Of a stretch of DNA of 64,000 nucleotides, positions 42,965-53,276 are shown one piece after another (the first letter of the stretch is position 1; each line of letters begins with the position of its first letter). Location of the stretch: the NCBI GenBank assembly GCA_963771355.1, contig CAVYTA010000005.1, forward strand, positions 944,121 to 1,008,120. The letters are read 5' to 3'. The translations under genes and the position numbers were made by a program. The notes below the pieces were generated by a model. It searched no databases. It had not been told where the DNA came from and was given only the letters and a program-made list of their open reading frames with translations. The DNA is from an uncultured Candidatus Rokubacteria bacterium. GTDB taxonomy: Bacteria > Methylomirabilota > Methylomirabilia > Rokubacteriales > CSP1-6.

Positions 42965-43647
42965 GGCGCCGCGACCGGATCCTGGAGATTCGCCTCGGCG
43001 AAGCCCCGGGCGCGGAGAAGACAGGAGTCACAGGCGCCGCACGGCCGGCCGTCCGGGCCGGGCTCGTAACAGGACCAGGTGAGCGCGAAGTCCACGCCGA
43101 GCTCCCAGGCGCGCAGCACGATCTGCGCCTTGCTGAGCGTGATCAAGGGCGTGTGGACCCGGAAGCGCCGCGTGCCCTCGACCCCCGCCTTGGTGGCGAG
43201 ATTAGCCAGCCGCTCGAAGGCCTCCACGAACTCGGGGCGGCAATCCGGATAGCCGGAATAGTCGAGGGCATTGACACCCAGGAAGAGATCCTGTGCGTCC
43301 AGCACCTCCGCCCAGCCCAGCGCGTAGCCGAGGAAGATGGTGTTCCGCGCCGGCACGTAGGTGACGGGAATGCCCTCGCCGATGGCGGCATCGCTCCGCG
43401 CCTTGGGCACCGGGATGTCGTCGGTGAGGGCCGAGCCGCCGATGGCGCGAAGGTCGAGTCGCAGCACGAGGTGATGGCGCACCTCGAAGGCCGCCGCCAC
43501 GCGCCGGGCGGACTCCAGCTCACGCGCGTGGCGCTGGCCGTAATCGAACGAGAGCGCGTAGCACTCGTAGCCCTCCGCCCGGGCCACCGCGAGCGTGGTG
43601 GTGGAGTCGAGCCCGCCGGAGAGGAGGATCACCGCGCGGTCGGCCAT
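42961..43647 (-). CDS. queC: 7-cyano-7-deazaguanine synthase
   Basis: [44 protein letters not shown]. Confidence 0.97.
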   Translation of the reverse strand: MADRAVILLSGGLDSTTTLAVARAEGYECYALSFDYGQRHARELESARRVAAAFEVRHHLVLRLDLRAIGGSALTDDIPVPKARSDAAIGEGIPVTYVPARNTIFLGYALGWAEVLDAQDLFLGVNALDYSGYPDCRPEFVEAFERLANLATKAGVEGTRRFRVHTPLITLSKAQIVLRAWELGVDFALTWSCYEPGPDGRPCGACDSCLLRARGFAEANLQDPVAAP

Positions 43648-44313
43648 TCAGACGCCTCGCCGGGCCCCCCAGAGGAGGACGTGCAGCCGCGGCGAGAACC
43701 GGAATCCGTGGCGCGTGCAGGCCTCGGCCACCCACGGACCGCGCTCCGCGAGGTCCTCGGTCCGGGTCCCTTCGGGTTGGAGGAGAATGCGCCCGCGTGG
43801 CAGGGCGAAGCGCTCGGCGAGGCGGAGCACCTCGGCGAGATCCGCCGCTTCACAGACGACGAACTTCCACCAGGCCTCCGCGGCAAGGAAGGCCCGGATG
43901 GCCTCGGGCTGAATGCGCCGCTCCTCGGCGACGCCCGAGCCCGCCAGCTTGACGGAGACATTCCACTGGATCGAGACGACGGCCAGCGACGGTGGTGGGG
44001 GGAGCGTGCCCGAGGTCTCCACCTCCAGGGCCCAGCCCCGCGTGCCCAGGGCGGTCACGAGGGGCAGGAAGAGCGGCGACTCGAGCGGCTCGCCGCCCGT
44101 GACGACCGCGCGCCGGCAGGGGTGGGCTTCCATCTCGGCCAGCAGTGCGTCGAGCTCGATGGCCCGGCCCCGGGCGGGGTCCCACGAGTACTTGGTGTCG
44201 CACCACTCGCAGCCGACCGAGCAGCCCTGCAACCGGGCGAAGACCGCCGGCACGCCGGCCGTCGCCCCCTCGCCCTGTATCGAGTAGAAGACTTCCGCGA
44301 CGCGTCCCGTCAT
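43648..44313 (-). CDS. queE: 7-carboxy-7-deazaguanine synthase
   Basis: EVFYSIQGEG, GCSVGCEWCDTKY, TGGEPL, VETSG, SPRLH. Confidence 0.95.
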   Translation of the reverse strand: MTGRVAEVFYSIQGEGATAGVPAVFARLQGCSVGCEWCDTKYSWDPARGRAIELDALLAEMEAHPCRRAVVTGGEPLESPLFLPLVTALGTRGWALEVETSGTLPPPPSLAVVSIQWNVSVKLAGSGVAEERRIQPEAIRAFLAAEAWWKFVVCEAADLAEVLRLAERFALPRGRILLQPEGTRTEDLAERGPWVAEACTRHGFRFSPRLHVLLWGARRGV

Positions 44314-44413
44314 AGGGTCCTGAGAGGAAGGGTAGCACGAGAGACCGGCAGCATCCCCTTGCCGCCATGGGGGTTTTACTGCTATAACGGGTCATCGGAA
44401 AGGAGGATCACCG

Positions 44414-44689
44414 ATGAGCCTTGGCCTGACCGATTCCCTCAAGCAGGATCGCCTGATCGTGGTGGCCGTAGACAAGACGGCCGGCCGCATCCGCGTGAAG
44501 AGCGAGGCGGAGGTGTGTAGCGACCTCGGCTGCGACGGCGCCCTCGTGGTCACCGACGAGGGGCAGAGCAACGACCTCGCCAACCTGAACGCGGGCGACA
44601 TCATCAAGCTCGAGATGAAGAACGGCCGCGCCAGTCAGATCCGCGTGGTGCGCCGCGTCTACGACGAGTACTCCAGCCCCGAGTGGTGA
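44414..44689 (+). CDS. Hypothetical small beta-rich (OB-fold-like) protein
   Basis: SD AGGAGG; TGcTATAAC upstream; LNAGDIIKLE pattern. Confidence 0.75.
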   Translation: MSLGLTDSLKQDRLIVVAVDKTAGRIRVKSEAEVCSDLGCDGALVVTDEGQSNDLANLNAGDIIKLEMKNGRASQIRVVRRVYDEYSSPEW

Positions 44690-44894
44690 GCCGGCCACCC
44701 GGCCGCTAGCATTTCGGTGGCTCCGGCGATGTCGCGCGAGCGCCCGCCGCGTGCTCGCCCAACGCGCTCCGGGTCGCCGCGGGGCATTCTGCTGATCCCT
44801 TCCCGTGTCATCCGACACGGCCGAGAGCTCGCATCTTGTCGGCACGCTTCCGCCGCTTGCTCGAGGCGGCCCCGGAGAAGCCGCGGGAGAACCG

Positions 44895-45866
44895 ATGATG
44901 GAGCGACGCACGTTCTTGGTGCTGGCCTCAGGGAGCTTCCTCACTGCGCCGCTCGTCGTTGCCGCGCAGCCGGTGGGGCAGGTCTACCGGATCGGGTTCC
45001 TGCGCGCGGGCCAGCCGCCAAAGACCTGGATCGAATCCTTTCAGCAAGGCCTACGGGAGCGGGGATACGTGGAGGGCCAGAGCCTCAGCATCGAATACGC
45101 CCTGGCAGATAGCACGGCCCAGCTTCCAACCGTGGTAACCGAACTGGTCCGTCGCAAGGTCGACGTGATCGTCGCGTCGGGGACACCATCGGTTCCGCCC
45201 GCGAAGAGCGCCACGAGCACGATCCCCATCATCTTCGTGGCATCGATCGATCCTGTCGCGACCGGCATGGTCGCCAGCCTGGCGCGCCCGGGCGGAAACG
45301 TGACCGGCCTGGCTGGCATCCACGCCGATCTGATGGGCAAGCGACTGGAGATTGTTCGAGAGACCGTCCCGAAACTCTCCCGCGTGGCGCTCCTATCCCA
45401 CGCGGCCAACCCGGGCAACGCCGAATACGTCAAGCAGGCGCAGCTTGCTGCGCGGACTCTGGGAGTGCAGCTGCAACTGGTGGCGGTTCGCGATGCCGGC
45501 GACTTCGAGCGCGTCTTTAACGAGGCCCGAGCGGCCAACGCCATGATTCAACTGGACGACGTCATCTTCACCTCTCACCGAAGACAGATCGTCGAGCTCT
45601 CGGTGAGGTACCAGCTCCCAGTGATGTACGGCTTCAGAGAGTTCGTCGACGTCGGTGGCCTCATGGCCTATGGTCCGGACTGGCCGGACCTGTACCGACG
45701 TGCCGCCCACCTCGTGGACAGGATCCTGAAGGGCGCCAAGCCGGCCGATCTTCCCATCGAGCAGCCGACCAAGTTCGAGCTGGTCATCAACCTCAAGACC
45801 GCGAAGGCGCTGGGTCTCACGATCCCTCAATCAGTCCTACAGCGGGCGGATCAGGTGATCGAGTGA
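44895..45866 (+). CDS. Orphan ABC substrate-binding protein (COG2984/ABC_sub_bind type)
   Basis: MERRTFL twin-Arg-like leader, YRIGFL, SLARPGGNVTG, GAKPADLPIEQPTKFELVINLKTAKALGLTIP..ADQVIE; no permease or ATPase adjacent. Confidence 0.93.
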   Translation: MMERRTFLVLASGSFLTAPLVVAAQPVGQVYRIGFLRAGQPPKTWIESFQQGLRERGYVEGQSLSIEYALADSTAQLPTVVTELVRRKVDVIVASGTPSVPPAKSATSTIPIIFVASIDPVATGMVASLARPGGNVTGLAGIHADLMGKRLEIVRETVPKLSRVALLSHAANPGNAEYVKQAQLAARTLGVQLQLVAVRDAGDFERVFNEARAANAMIQLDDVIFTSHRRQIVELSVRYQLPVMYGFREFVDVGGLMAYGPDWPDLYRRAAHLVDRILKGAKPADLPIEQPTKFELVINLKTAKALGLTIPQSVLQRADQVIE

Positions 45867-45915
45867 TGGACCGCCGCGCGTTCCTTGGCGCCATCGCCGC
45901 GCCCGGCGAGCGCCT

Positions 45916-46651
45916 TTACGCCACGCCCACGTGAATGCTGACGGTGCCGAGGCCCAGCCGCTGATACTTCACCGCGCGCAGCCCGACCTCGCCCATGAGT
46001 CCCGAGAGCTCCGGGCGGGGTAAGGAAGCGGTCCACCGACTGGGGCAGATAGGTATAGGCCTCACGGTCGCGGGCGATGACGCCGCCGATGCAGGGCACC
46101 ACGCGGTGGAAGTAGAAGCGGAACAGCGGCCGGAAGCCGGGCAGGGTGGCCTGGGTGATCTCGAGCGCCACCACGCGGCCGCCTGGCCGAGTCACGCGCC
46201 GCATCTCGGAGAAGCCCTGGCGCAGGTCGGCCAGGTTCCGCAAGAGAAAGGCCGAGGTCACGCACGCGAAGGTGCGATCGGGGAAGGGGAGCGCGAGGGC
46301 GTCGGCGGCCACGAGCCGCACGCGGTCGCCGGCGCCGATCTCGCGCAGCTTGGACGCCGCCTCGCGGAGCATACCCGGCGCGAAGTCCGCCGCGACGATC
46401 TCGCGATGCGCGTGGAGCTCGCGCAGCTCGAGCGCCAGGTCGCCGGTCCCGGTGGCGAGGTCCAGCGCGGGGCCGTCCGGGGCCGCGATGGTGTGGCGGG
46501 CGGCCACGCGCCGCCACGCGTGGTGCATCCCCAGCGTCATGAGCCCGTTCATGAGGTCGTAGCGGCCCGCGATGCGCGAGAACATGCTGGCCACGAACTG
46601 GGCTTTCTCCGGCCCCGTGCCCAGCGGCGGGCCGCTCATACTCCCACTCAT
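45916..46651 (-). CDS. ubiE: Ubiquinone/menaquinone methyltransferase UbiE/MenG (one frameshift near 46014)
   Basis: MFSRIAGRYDLMN, LDLATGTGD, AYTYLPQSVDRF; removing one base at 46013-15 restores ELSGLMGEVGL...GTVSIHVGVA-TAA. Confidence 0.88.
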
Positions 46652-47496
46652 ACCCAGTATCCCGCCAGCACCGCCGCGAAGAGGATCACCGCGATGTACC
46701 CATTGATGTTGAAGAAGGCCACGTCGAGGCGCGAGAGATCGCCCGGCGAGACCAGGGAGTGCTCGTAGACGAGGAGGCCCGCCACGATCGCGACGCCGGC
46801 CCAGTAGAGGAAACCCAGCCCCATCATCACGCCGAGGGCGGCGAATGCGGCGATGGTGAGGACGTGGCAGACCTTCGCGATGTGCAGCGCGGTGGCCACG
46901 CCGAAGCGCGCGGGCACCGAGTGCAGGCCCTCCGCGCGGTCGAACTCCACGTCCTGGCACGCATAGATCAGGTCGAAGCCGGCGATCCACACCATGAGCG
47001 CGAACCACAGCACGAAGACGGGCGGGTCGAAGCTGCCCCGCACCGCGATCCAGCCACCGGCCGCCGCGATGCCGTCGGTGAAACCCAGGATCCAGTGTGA
47101 CAGCCAGGTGAAGCGCTTGGTATACGAATACCCGATCAGGAAGAGGAGAGCCAGCGGGGAGAGCGCGAGGCACAACGGGTTGAGCCGCCACGCCGAGAGC
47201 AGGAATACCGCACCCGCTGCCACCGCGGCCGCCGTCACCTGGGCGGGCGTGAGCAGTCCCGCGGGCAGGTGCCGGCCGCGGGTGCGGGGATTTCGCGCGT
47301 CGAACCAGCGGTCGGCGAGCCGGTTCACCGCCATGGCCAGCGTGCGGCCGCTGACCATGGCCAGCGTCACCCACCCCACGATGCGAACGTTGGGCCAGCC
47401 GTTGGCAGCGAGCACCATGGCCACGTAGGCGAAGGGCAGCGCAAAGACGGTGTGCTCGAACTTGATGGCATCGAGGAAGTGGCGAATGGAATTCAC
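46648..47496 (-). CDS. ubiA: UbiA-family prenyltransferase (MqnP-like)
   Basis: IKFEHTVFALPFA, NRLADRWFDARNPRT, YSYTKRF, FDLIYACQD. Confidence 0.92.
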   Translation of the reverse strand: MNSIRHFLDAIKFEHTVFALPFAYVAMVLAANGWPNVRIVGWVTLAMVSGRTLAMAVNRLADRWFDARNPRTRGRHLPAGLLTPAQVTAAAVAAGAVFLLSAWRLNPLCLALSPLALLFLIGYSYTKRFTWLSHWILGFTDGIAAAGGWIAVRGSFDPPVFVLWFALMVWIAGFDLIYACQDVEFDRAEGLHSVPARFGVATALHIAKVCHVLTIAAFAALGVMMGLGFLYWAGVAIVAGLLVYEHSLVSPGDLSRLDVAFFNINGYIAVILFAAVLAGYWV

Positions 47497-47502
47497 GGGC
47501 GG

Positions 47503-48957
47503 CTAGAGGCCGTACTCGGCCCAGCGGCGGGTCACGCGCGCGCGGGTCTCCGCATCCATGACGATCTCCTCGGGCCAGGGCTGGCCGATGCCATCCGCGT
47601 CGGTCTTCTCGGTGGCGTCGATGCCGAGCTTGCCGCCGAAGCGGTGCCGGATGGCGGCGTGGTCGAGGTCGTCGGTAGGGCCGTCCACGAGCACGAGATC
47701 GCGCTTGGCGTCCACGTTGCCGGTCGCCCGCCAGGCCACCTCGGAGAGGTTCTGGACGTCCACATGCTCGGACACCACGAGGATATTCTTGGCCAGCATC
47801 ATGAGCCCGAGGCCCCAGAGGGCGTACATGACCTTGCGCGCGTGGCCCGGATACCGCTTCCGGATGGAGACGATCACGAGGTTGTGGAACACGCCCTCGG
47901 CGGGCATGTTCATGTCCACGACCTCCGGGAGCAGCAGGCGGATGATGGGCAAGAAGATCCGCTCGGTGGCCTTGCCCAGCCAGTAATCCTCCTGCGGCGG
48001 CCGGCCCACGATGGTGGTGGGATAGATGGGATGGTTCCGCCGCGTCAGGGCCTGCAAGTGAAACACGGGGTAGTCGCGCGCCAGCGAGTAGTAGCCGGTG
48101 TGGTCGCCGAAGGGCCCTTCGAGGCGCCGCTCCCCCGGATCCACCCAGCCTTCCAGCACGATCTCGGCCTCGGCCGGCACCTCGAGATCCACCGTCTTGC
48201 ACGCCACCATGGGGACCCCGGCGCCGCGCAGCCACCCCGCGAACACCATCTCGTCGACGCCGGGCGGCAGGGGCGCCGAGCCCGAGTAGATCGAGACGGG
48301 ATCGCCGCCGAGCGCGATGGCCACCTCCATCCGCGCGCCGCCGCGCTCCTCGGCCACCCGGTGATGCTCGGCCGAGCCCTTGTGAATCTGCCAGTGCATG
48401 CCGAGCGTCCGCTCGTCGTACACCTGAAGGCGGTACATGCCGACGTTCCGCGCTCCCGTGGCGGGGTCCCGGGTGAACACGAGCGGCAGCGTGATGTAGC
48501 GTCCGGCGTCCCCCGGCCAGCACTGGAGCACGGGGAGGGCGGCGACGCTGGGGTTGGCGGTCTCCACCACCTCCTGGCACGGCGCGGACCGCACGCGCTT
48601 GGGCCCCGCCTTGGCCACGTCGAGGAGAGTGCCCAGCTTGCGGAGCTTCTCGAACAGCGAGCCCGGCATGCGGAGGTCGAGGAGCTTGGCCACGCGGGCG
48701 GACACCTCGTCCAGGCGCTCCACGCCCAGCGCCGCCGCCATGCGCGGCGCGGTGCCGAAGGCGTTGATGAGGACGGGCATCGAAAAGCCCTCGACATTCT
48801 CGAAGAGGAGGGCCTGGTTGCTCTCGGCGGGACCCTTGGACACGCGGTCGGTGATCTCGGTGATCTCGAGGTCGCGCGAGACGGGCGCGCTGATCCGACG
48901 GAGCTGGCCCGTCTTCTCCAGGTGCGCCACGAACTCGCGGAGATCGGCGAAAGCCAC
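47503..48957 (-). CDS. ubiD: UbiD-family (menaquinone biosynthesis) decarboxylase
   Basis: DLREFV, RNVGMYR, MHWQIHK, EGPFGDHTGYY, GRPPQED, KLGIDAT. Confidence 0.95.
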   Translation of the reverse strand: MAFADLREFVAHLEKTGQLRRISAPVSRDLEITEITDRVSKGPAESNQALLFENVEGFSMPVLINAFGTAPRMAAALGVERLDEVSARVAKLLDLRMPGSLFEKLRKLGTLLDVAKAGPKRVRSAPCQEVVETANPSVAALPVLQCWPGDAGRYITLPLVFTRDPATGARNVGMYRLQVYDERTLGMHWQIHKGSAEHHRVAEERGGARMEVAIALGGDPVSIYSGSAPLPPGVDEMVFAGWLRGAGVPMVACKTVDLEVPAEAEIVLEGWVDPGERRLEGPFGDHTGYYSLARDYPVFHLQALTRRNHPIYPTTIVGRPPQEDYWLGKATERIFLPIIRLLLPEVVDMNMPAEGVFHNLVIVSIRKRYPGHARKVMYALWGLGLMMLAKNILVVSEHVDVQNLSEVAWRATGNVDAKRDLVLVDGPTDDLDHAAIRHRFGGKLGIDATEKTDADGIGQPWPEEIVMDAETRARVTRRWAEYGL

Positions 48958-48964
48958 GCGGTTC

Positions 48965-49471
48965 CTACTCGTGGTAGTACAGCTTCACCAGCCAGCCCGC
49001 GAGCACCGGAAAGAGAAAGCTCGAGGCGACCCGTACCGCCACGAAGTGCCAGCCCATCAACGGCGCCTCCCAGGCGATGATCCGCTGCATGCCGAAGAGC
49101 GACCACGACGTCATGTAGGCGACGAGCGGCCCCAGCGCCATGCCGGAGTTGGCGAGCACCACCAGGAGCGGCACGCTCACCATGGGCCCGCCCGGCGTGA
49201 TGACGCCGGCGGCGGAGGCGAGGCAGATCGCGGAGAGGCCCGACTGGGTGCCGAAATAGCGCGCCACCACCTGCTGGGGAATCAGCACCTGGAGCATTCC
49301 GGCGAGGATGAGAGCGGGGATGAGGCGAGGCACGATGAACCACAGCAGCGACAGGCCCGTCTTGGCGCCGATCCAGGGAAGACCGGGATCTTTCCAGTAC
49401 GCGAGGCCCGCGCTGGCGGCGGCAAGGATGACCAGGATGAGCATGGAGAGGTCGACGCCCGTCCGCGCCAT
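48965..49471 (-). CDS. Predicted permease (DUF318/ArsP-like half-size)
   Basis: Hydrophobic; AGVITPGGP, YMTSWS, WEAPLMG..RV. Confidence 0.8.
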   Translation of the reverse strand: MARTGVDLSMLILVILAAASAGLAYWKDPGLPWIGAKTGLSLLWFIVPRLIPALILAGMLQVLIPQQVVARYFGTQSGLSAICLASAAGVITPGGPMVSVPLLVVLANSGMALGPLVAYMTSWSLFGMQRIIAWEAPLMGWHFVAVRVASSFLFPVLAGWLVKLYYHE

Positions 49472-49531
49472 GCGCGCATTATACGTCAGGTGGGCTATAC
49501 TGGCCCCGCTCGGCGACGCGCCGAGCAGCAC

Positions 49532-52471
49532 ATGCGCCGGACGTTTTGGATCGGATCGACCCTCGTTGCGCTTGCCCTGCTCGCGCTGGTGGTCGCGGGG
49601 GTAGTCACGGGTCACTCAGTCGATCCACTCACCCTCGCGCTGGCCGTGGGCGGCCTGACCCTCCTCGCGCTCGGCGCCGCGTGGCGTCTCGCGCGCCGCA
49701 CGCAAGCCGCGATGGCCGCGCACAGCCGGGCCCTCATCGACCTCGGCGCCCGCGAGCAACGCGTCAGCGCCTTCGCCGGGGTCAACGCGGCCCTGGCGCA
49801 GGAGCTCGACGCCGAAGCGCTGCTGCGCCGGATCACGGACACGCTCGCTCAGCTCACCGGCGCTCCCTGCGTGGTGCTCTGGGCGACCGACCTCGCCGGC
49901 CGCCGGCTGGTGCGGCAGGCCTGGACCATGGAGCCCGCGATCGCGCGCCTCAACCTGCCCTACGAGCTGACCTTCGATCAGGGCGCCACCGGCTGGATCG
50001 CGCGTCAGCGCGAAGCCGTCATCATCAGCGACGTGGCGACCGATCCACGCATGCACGCCCCGGCCTGGTGCATTCAGCAGGGGCTCCACGCGTTCGCGGG
50101 CGCGCCCGTCCTCGAGGGCGGCGAGCTGGCGGGCGTGCTGACCCTGAACATGCGCGATATCGACGCGCTGGGCGAGGACGGCCAGACGCTCCTCGTCTCC
50201 TTCGCCGCCCAGGCGGCGCTGGCCATCCGGAACGCCCGGCTCATCTCGGAGGCCCAGAAAAGGCGGCGCGAGGCCGAGGCCCTCGCCGCGCTGGGCCGTC
50301 GGCTCGCCCAGACGCTCGATCCCGAGGCGATGGCCCAGGAGTTGGCGGATAGCCTGCGCGCGCTGCTCGCCACCCGTACCTCCGGCCTCTACCGGCTCGC
50401 CGCCACCGGCGACATCGTCTCGGTGGCCATCTCGGGGGATATCGGCCCCGCCCTTGGGCGGGTGGTCGTGTTTCCGCCCGGCACCGGCGTGGCGGCGCTG
50501 TCCGCGCGCGAGCGCCGGCCGGTGATCACGAACAACCTCCTCACCGACCCGCGCATCACGCTGACCCCCGAGGTGCGGGCGCGTATCGAGCAGGCCGTCT
50601 ACCGCGCCGTCCTCTCCGTGCCGCTGGTGGTGCGGGATGCCGCCATCGGCGCTCTCTCGGTGGGCGATGCTGAGGGTCGCGTGTTCACGCCGGACGACGT
50701 GCGTCTCGCCGAGGCGGTGGCCGATCAGGCGGCGCTCACGCTCGACAACGCGCGGCTCTACGTCGAGGCCACCGGCCGCCGGCGCGAGGCGGAGGAGCTC
50801 GCGCGCGTCGCGCGGAGCCTCACCGAAAGCCTCGACGTGGTGGACGTCGGCCGCCGCATCGTGGACGGTGTCTGCCCGCTGCTCCGCGTCGCCTTCTCGC
50901 GGCTCCGTCTGAAGGACCCCGATGGCTCGCTTCGGGCCATCGCCTGGAGCGGGGCCACTCCGGATCACGTGGGCCCGGACATTCCGCTGCCCGCCGGGGT
51001 GGGGGTGGCGGGGCGCGCGGTGCTGGAGGGCCGGCCGGTGTGGTCGGCGGACTTCGCGCAGGACGCCGACCTCGTCCTCAGCGACCGGCTGCGGGACTAT
51101 GCGGCGCGCAGTGCGGCGCGCTCCGTGCTCGGCGTGCCGCTGCGCGTCCGGGGCGAGATCATCGGCTCGCTGACCGTGGGCGATGAGGTGGGGCGCGTCT
51201 TCGCCGCCTCCGACGTCACCCTGCTCGAGGCCTTCGCGGATCAGGCTGCGCTGGCGCTCGACAACGCCCGACTGTACGAGCAGACGCGCGCCCGGCTCCG
51301 CGCGCTCCAGGAGACCCAGGCCCAGCTCGTCCAGGCGGCCAAGCTCTCCGCGGTGGGCCAGCTCGTCTCCGGCGTGGCGCACGAGCTCAACAACCCCCTG
51401 TCCGTCGTGATCGGCCACGGCCAGCTGATGCTCACCCGAAACCCGGCGCCGGAGATCCGCCGGCCGGTCGAGCTCATCGTGTCACAGGGCGATCGCATGT
51501 CCAAGATCGTCCAGAGCCTCCTTCTCTTCTCCCGGCAGCGCGCGACGGCCCGCGGGGCGGTGGACCTGCCACAGATCCTCGAGCAGACGCTGGTGCTCCG
51601 CGCGGCGCAGCTCCGACTCTCCGGCGTCACCGTCATTGCCGAGCACGAGCCGGGCTTGCCGCCCGCCGACGGAGACGCCCAGCAGCTCCAGCAAGTCATC
51701 CTGAATCTGCTTCTCAACGCGGAGCAGGCCCTGCTCCAGACGCGCAAGGACTTGACGGGGTCTCTCGACGCGGAGCCGCGCCCAGGGGCCCGGATCGTGT
51801 TCCGGACGAGCACGCGCGCGCTGGCCGACCGCGACTGGGTACGCATGGAGGTGGAGGACAACGGCCCCGGCATCGCGCCCGAGGTGCTACCGCGGATCTT
51901 CGAGCCGTTCTTCACCACCAAGGCCGTCGGGCAGGGGACGGGACTGGGGCTCAGCGTGTCCTATGGCATCATCCAGCAGCACGGCGGCCGCCTCACCGCG
52001 CAGAGCGAGTCGGGGTGCACCGTGTTCGCGTTCGAGGTGCCCCGCTGGGTGCCGGGGGCGCCGGCGCCGGTCGTCGCGCCGGAGCCCATCGGCCGCATCG
52101 AGGGGGCGGGGCGCGCCGCGCTGGTGGTGGACGATGAGCCGGAGATCGTGGATCTCGTCGTGACCATCTTGCGCCGGGACGGCTGGAAGGTGGACGTGGC
52201 CGAGGGCGGGCGGAGCGGGCTCGAGCGGGTGCGCGCCGCGCGCTACGATCTCATCGTGTCCGACTTCCGCATGCCCGACGGCGACGGCGAGGCGTTCTAC
52301 CGGGCCGCGGTGGAAGCGCAGCCGGAGCTGATGAGACACTTCCTGTTCATGACCGGCGATACCGCCAACCCCATCGCGTGGCAGTTCCTCCAGGACGCAC
52401 GCATCACCGTCATCGAAAAGCCGTTCTCGCCCGACGCTCTCCGCGCCGCCATCGCACGGCTCGGCTCCTGA
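49532..52471 (+). CDS. Hybrid sensor histidine kinase (2 TM, 3 GAF, HisKA, HATPase, REC)
   Basis: Three GAF repeats ending QAALA..NARL; GVAHELNNPL, NLLLNA, DNGPGI, FEPFFTTK, GTGLGL; VVDDE..SDFRMP..KPF. Confidence 0.95.
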   Translation: MRRTFWIGSTLVALALLALVVAGVVTGHSVDPLTLALAVGGLTLLALGAAWRLARRTQAAMAAHSRALIDLGAREQRVSAFAGVNAALAQELDAEALLRRITDTLAQLTGAPCVVLWATDLAGRRLVRQAWTMEPAIARLNLPYELTFDQGATGWIARQREAVIISDVATDPRMHAPAWCIQQGLHAFAGAPVLEGGELAGVLTLNMRDIDALGEDGQTLLVSFAAQAALAIRNARLISEAQKRRREAEALAALGRRLAQTLDPEAMAQELADSLRALLATRTSGLYRLAATGDIVSVAISGDIGPALGRVVVFPPGTGVAALSARERRPVITNNLLTDPRITLTPEVRARIEQAVYRAVLSVPLVVRDAAIGALSVGDAEGRVFTPDDVRLAEAVADQAALTLDNARLYVEATGRRREAEELARVARSLTESLDVVDVGRRIVDGVCPLLRVAFSRLRLKDPDGSLRAIAWSGATPDHVGPDIPLPAGVGVAGRAVLEGRPVWSADFAQDADLVLSDRLRDYAARSAARSVLGVPLRVRGEIIGSLTVGDEVGRVFAASDVTLLEAFADQAALALDNARLYEQTRARLRALQETQAQLVQAAKLSAVGQLVSGVAHELNNPLSVVIGHGQLMLTRNPAPEIRRPVELIVSQGDRMSKIVQSLLLFSRQRATARGAVDLPQILEQTLVLRAAQLRLSGVTVIAEHEPGLPPADGDAQQLQQVILNLLLNAEQALLQTRKDLTGSLDAEPRPGARIVFRTSTRALADRDWVRMEVEDNGPGIAPEVLPRIFEPFFTTKAVGQGTGLGLSVSYGIIQQHGGRLTAQSESGCTVFAFEVPRWVPGAPAPVVAPEPIGRIEGAGRAALVVDDEPEIVDLVVTILRRDGWKVDVAEGGRSGLERVRAARYDLIVSDFRMPDGDGEAFYRAAVEAQPELMRHFLFMTGDTANPIAWQFLQDARITVIEKPFSPDALRAAIARLGS

Positions 52472-52537
52472 GCGCGACGGAAGCCACTGGCGCGCGTGCG
52501 GGCTTGACTTGGTCCGGTCGATCGATTACCTAGGGGC

Positions 52538-52810
52538 ATGATCAAGGCGGACCTCGTCGCGGTCATGGCCAAGGCGGCCGGCGGATCGAAGGTGTCGTCC
52601 GAGAAGGCGCTCAACGCGATCATGCTGGGGGTGTTCGACTCGCTCCGGAAGGGCCGGCGGGTCACCATCGGCGGCTTTGGCACCTTCATGGTGAGCCGGC
52701 GCGCGGAGCGCAACGGCCGCAACCCCCGCACCGGCAAGGCCATTCGCATTCCGGCCGCCAAGGTGCCCCGCTTCAAGCCCAGCCGCACGCTCAAGGCCGC
52801 CATCCTCTAG
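52538..52810 (+). CDS. hup: HU family DNA-binding protein
   Basis: MIKADLV, GFGTF, RNGRNPRTG, VPRFKP. Confidence 0.95.
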   Translation: MIKADLVAVMAKAAGGSKVSSEKALNAIMLGVFDSLRKGRRVTIGGFGTFMVSRRAERNGRNPRTGKAIRIPAAKVPRFKPSRTLKAAIL

Positions 52811-52841
52811 CGCTGCGCTGCCGCGCCTCGCGTCTCGCGCC

Positions 52842-52871
52842 TTGACACCCCGAAAGCACGCCACGTACAAT
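52842..52871 (+). promoter_or_regulatory. Sigma70 promoter of the tRNA operon
   Basis: TTGACA-N18-TACAAT followed by a GC-rich discriminator, 11 nt before tRNA-Gln. Confidence 0.8.
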
Positions 52872-52882
52872 GGCCGTCGCGC

Positions 52883-52956
52883 TGGGGGATCGTCTAATGG
52901 TAGGACGCCAGGTTCTGGCCCTGGTAATGGGGGTTCGAGCCCTCCTCCCCCAGCCA
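52883..52956 (+). tRNA. tRNA-Gln(CTG)
   Basis: TGGGGGA acceptor / TCCCCCA, anticodon arm CCAGG-TT-CTG-GC-CCTGG, GTTCGA T-loop, encoded CCA. Confidence 0.97.
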
Positions 52957-53010
52957 TTTTCGTCTCTCGAGCAGCGCGACGTAGACGCAGGACGCAGCAG
53001 ACGCACGGCC

Positions 53011-53086
53011 GGCCCCATCGTCTAGAGGCCTAGGACACGGCCCTCTCAAGGCTGAAACACGGGTTCGAATCCCGTTGGGGCCACCA
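53011..53086 (+). tRNA. tRNA-Glu(CTC)
   Basis: GGCCCCA/TGGGGCC acceptor, CGGCC-CT-CTC-AA-GGCTG, GTTCGAAT, encoded CCA. Confidence 0.97.
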
Positions 53087-53099
53087 TTCAGAGAATCAG

Positions 53100-53155
53100 G
53101 GTTTTCCGGGGTTTCTCGCGCAATTCCACGACGTGGAGCGAGACCCCGGAAAACC
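53100..53155 (+). terminator. Long hairpin after tRNA-Glu (terminator/att-associated)
   Basis: GGTTTTCCGGGGT(TT)CTCGC ... GCGAGACCCCGGAAAACC; followed by ATGGAAATGA x2 (53184-53204). Confidence 0.6.
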
Positions 53156-53276
53156 ACGAAATGCCCCGCAATGACCCCCTCGAATGGAAATGAGATGGAA
53201 ATGACCGCGCAGGGAAGTTAAGGTCGTTTTCGGTCTGGCTGGTAACAGGCAGAATCAGGGACAGCGCGGTGACAGT

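Noticed and set aside
42961..44313. queC/queE as a deazapurine DNA-modification (dpd) or QatABCD defence system
   Set aside because: Canonical-length housekeeping genes in core context, with no dpdA/tgt paralogue or qat partners nearby.
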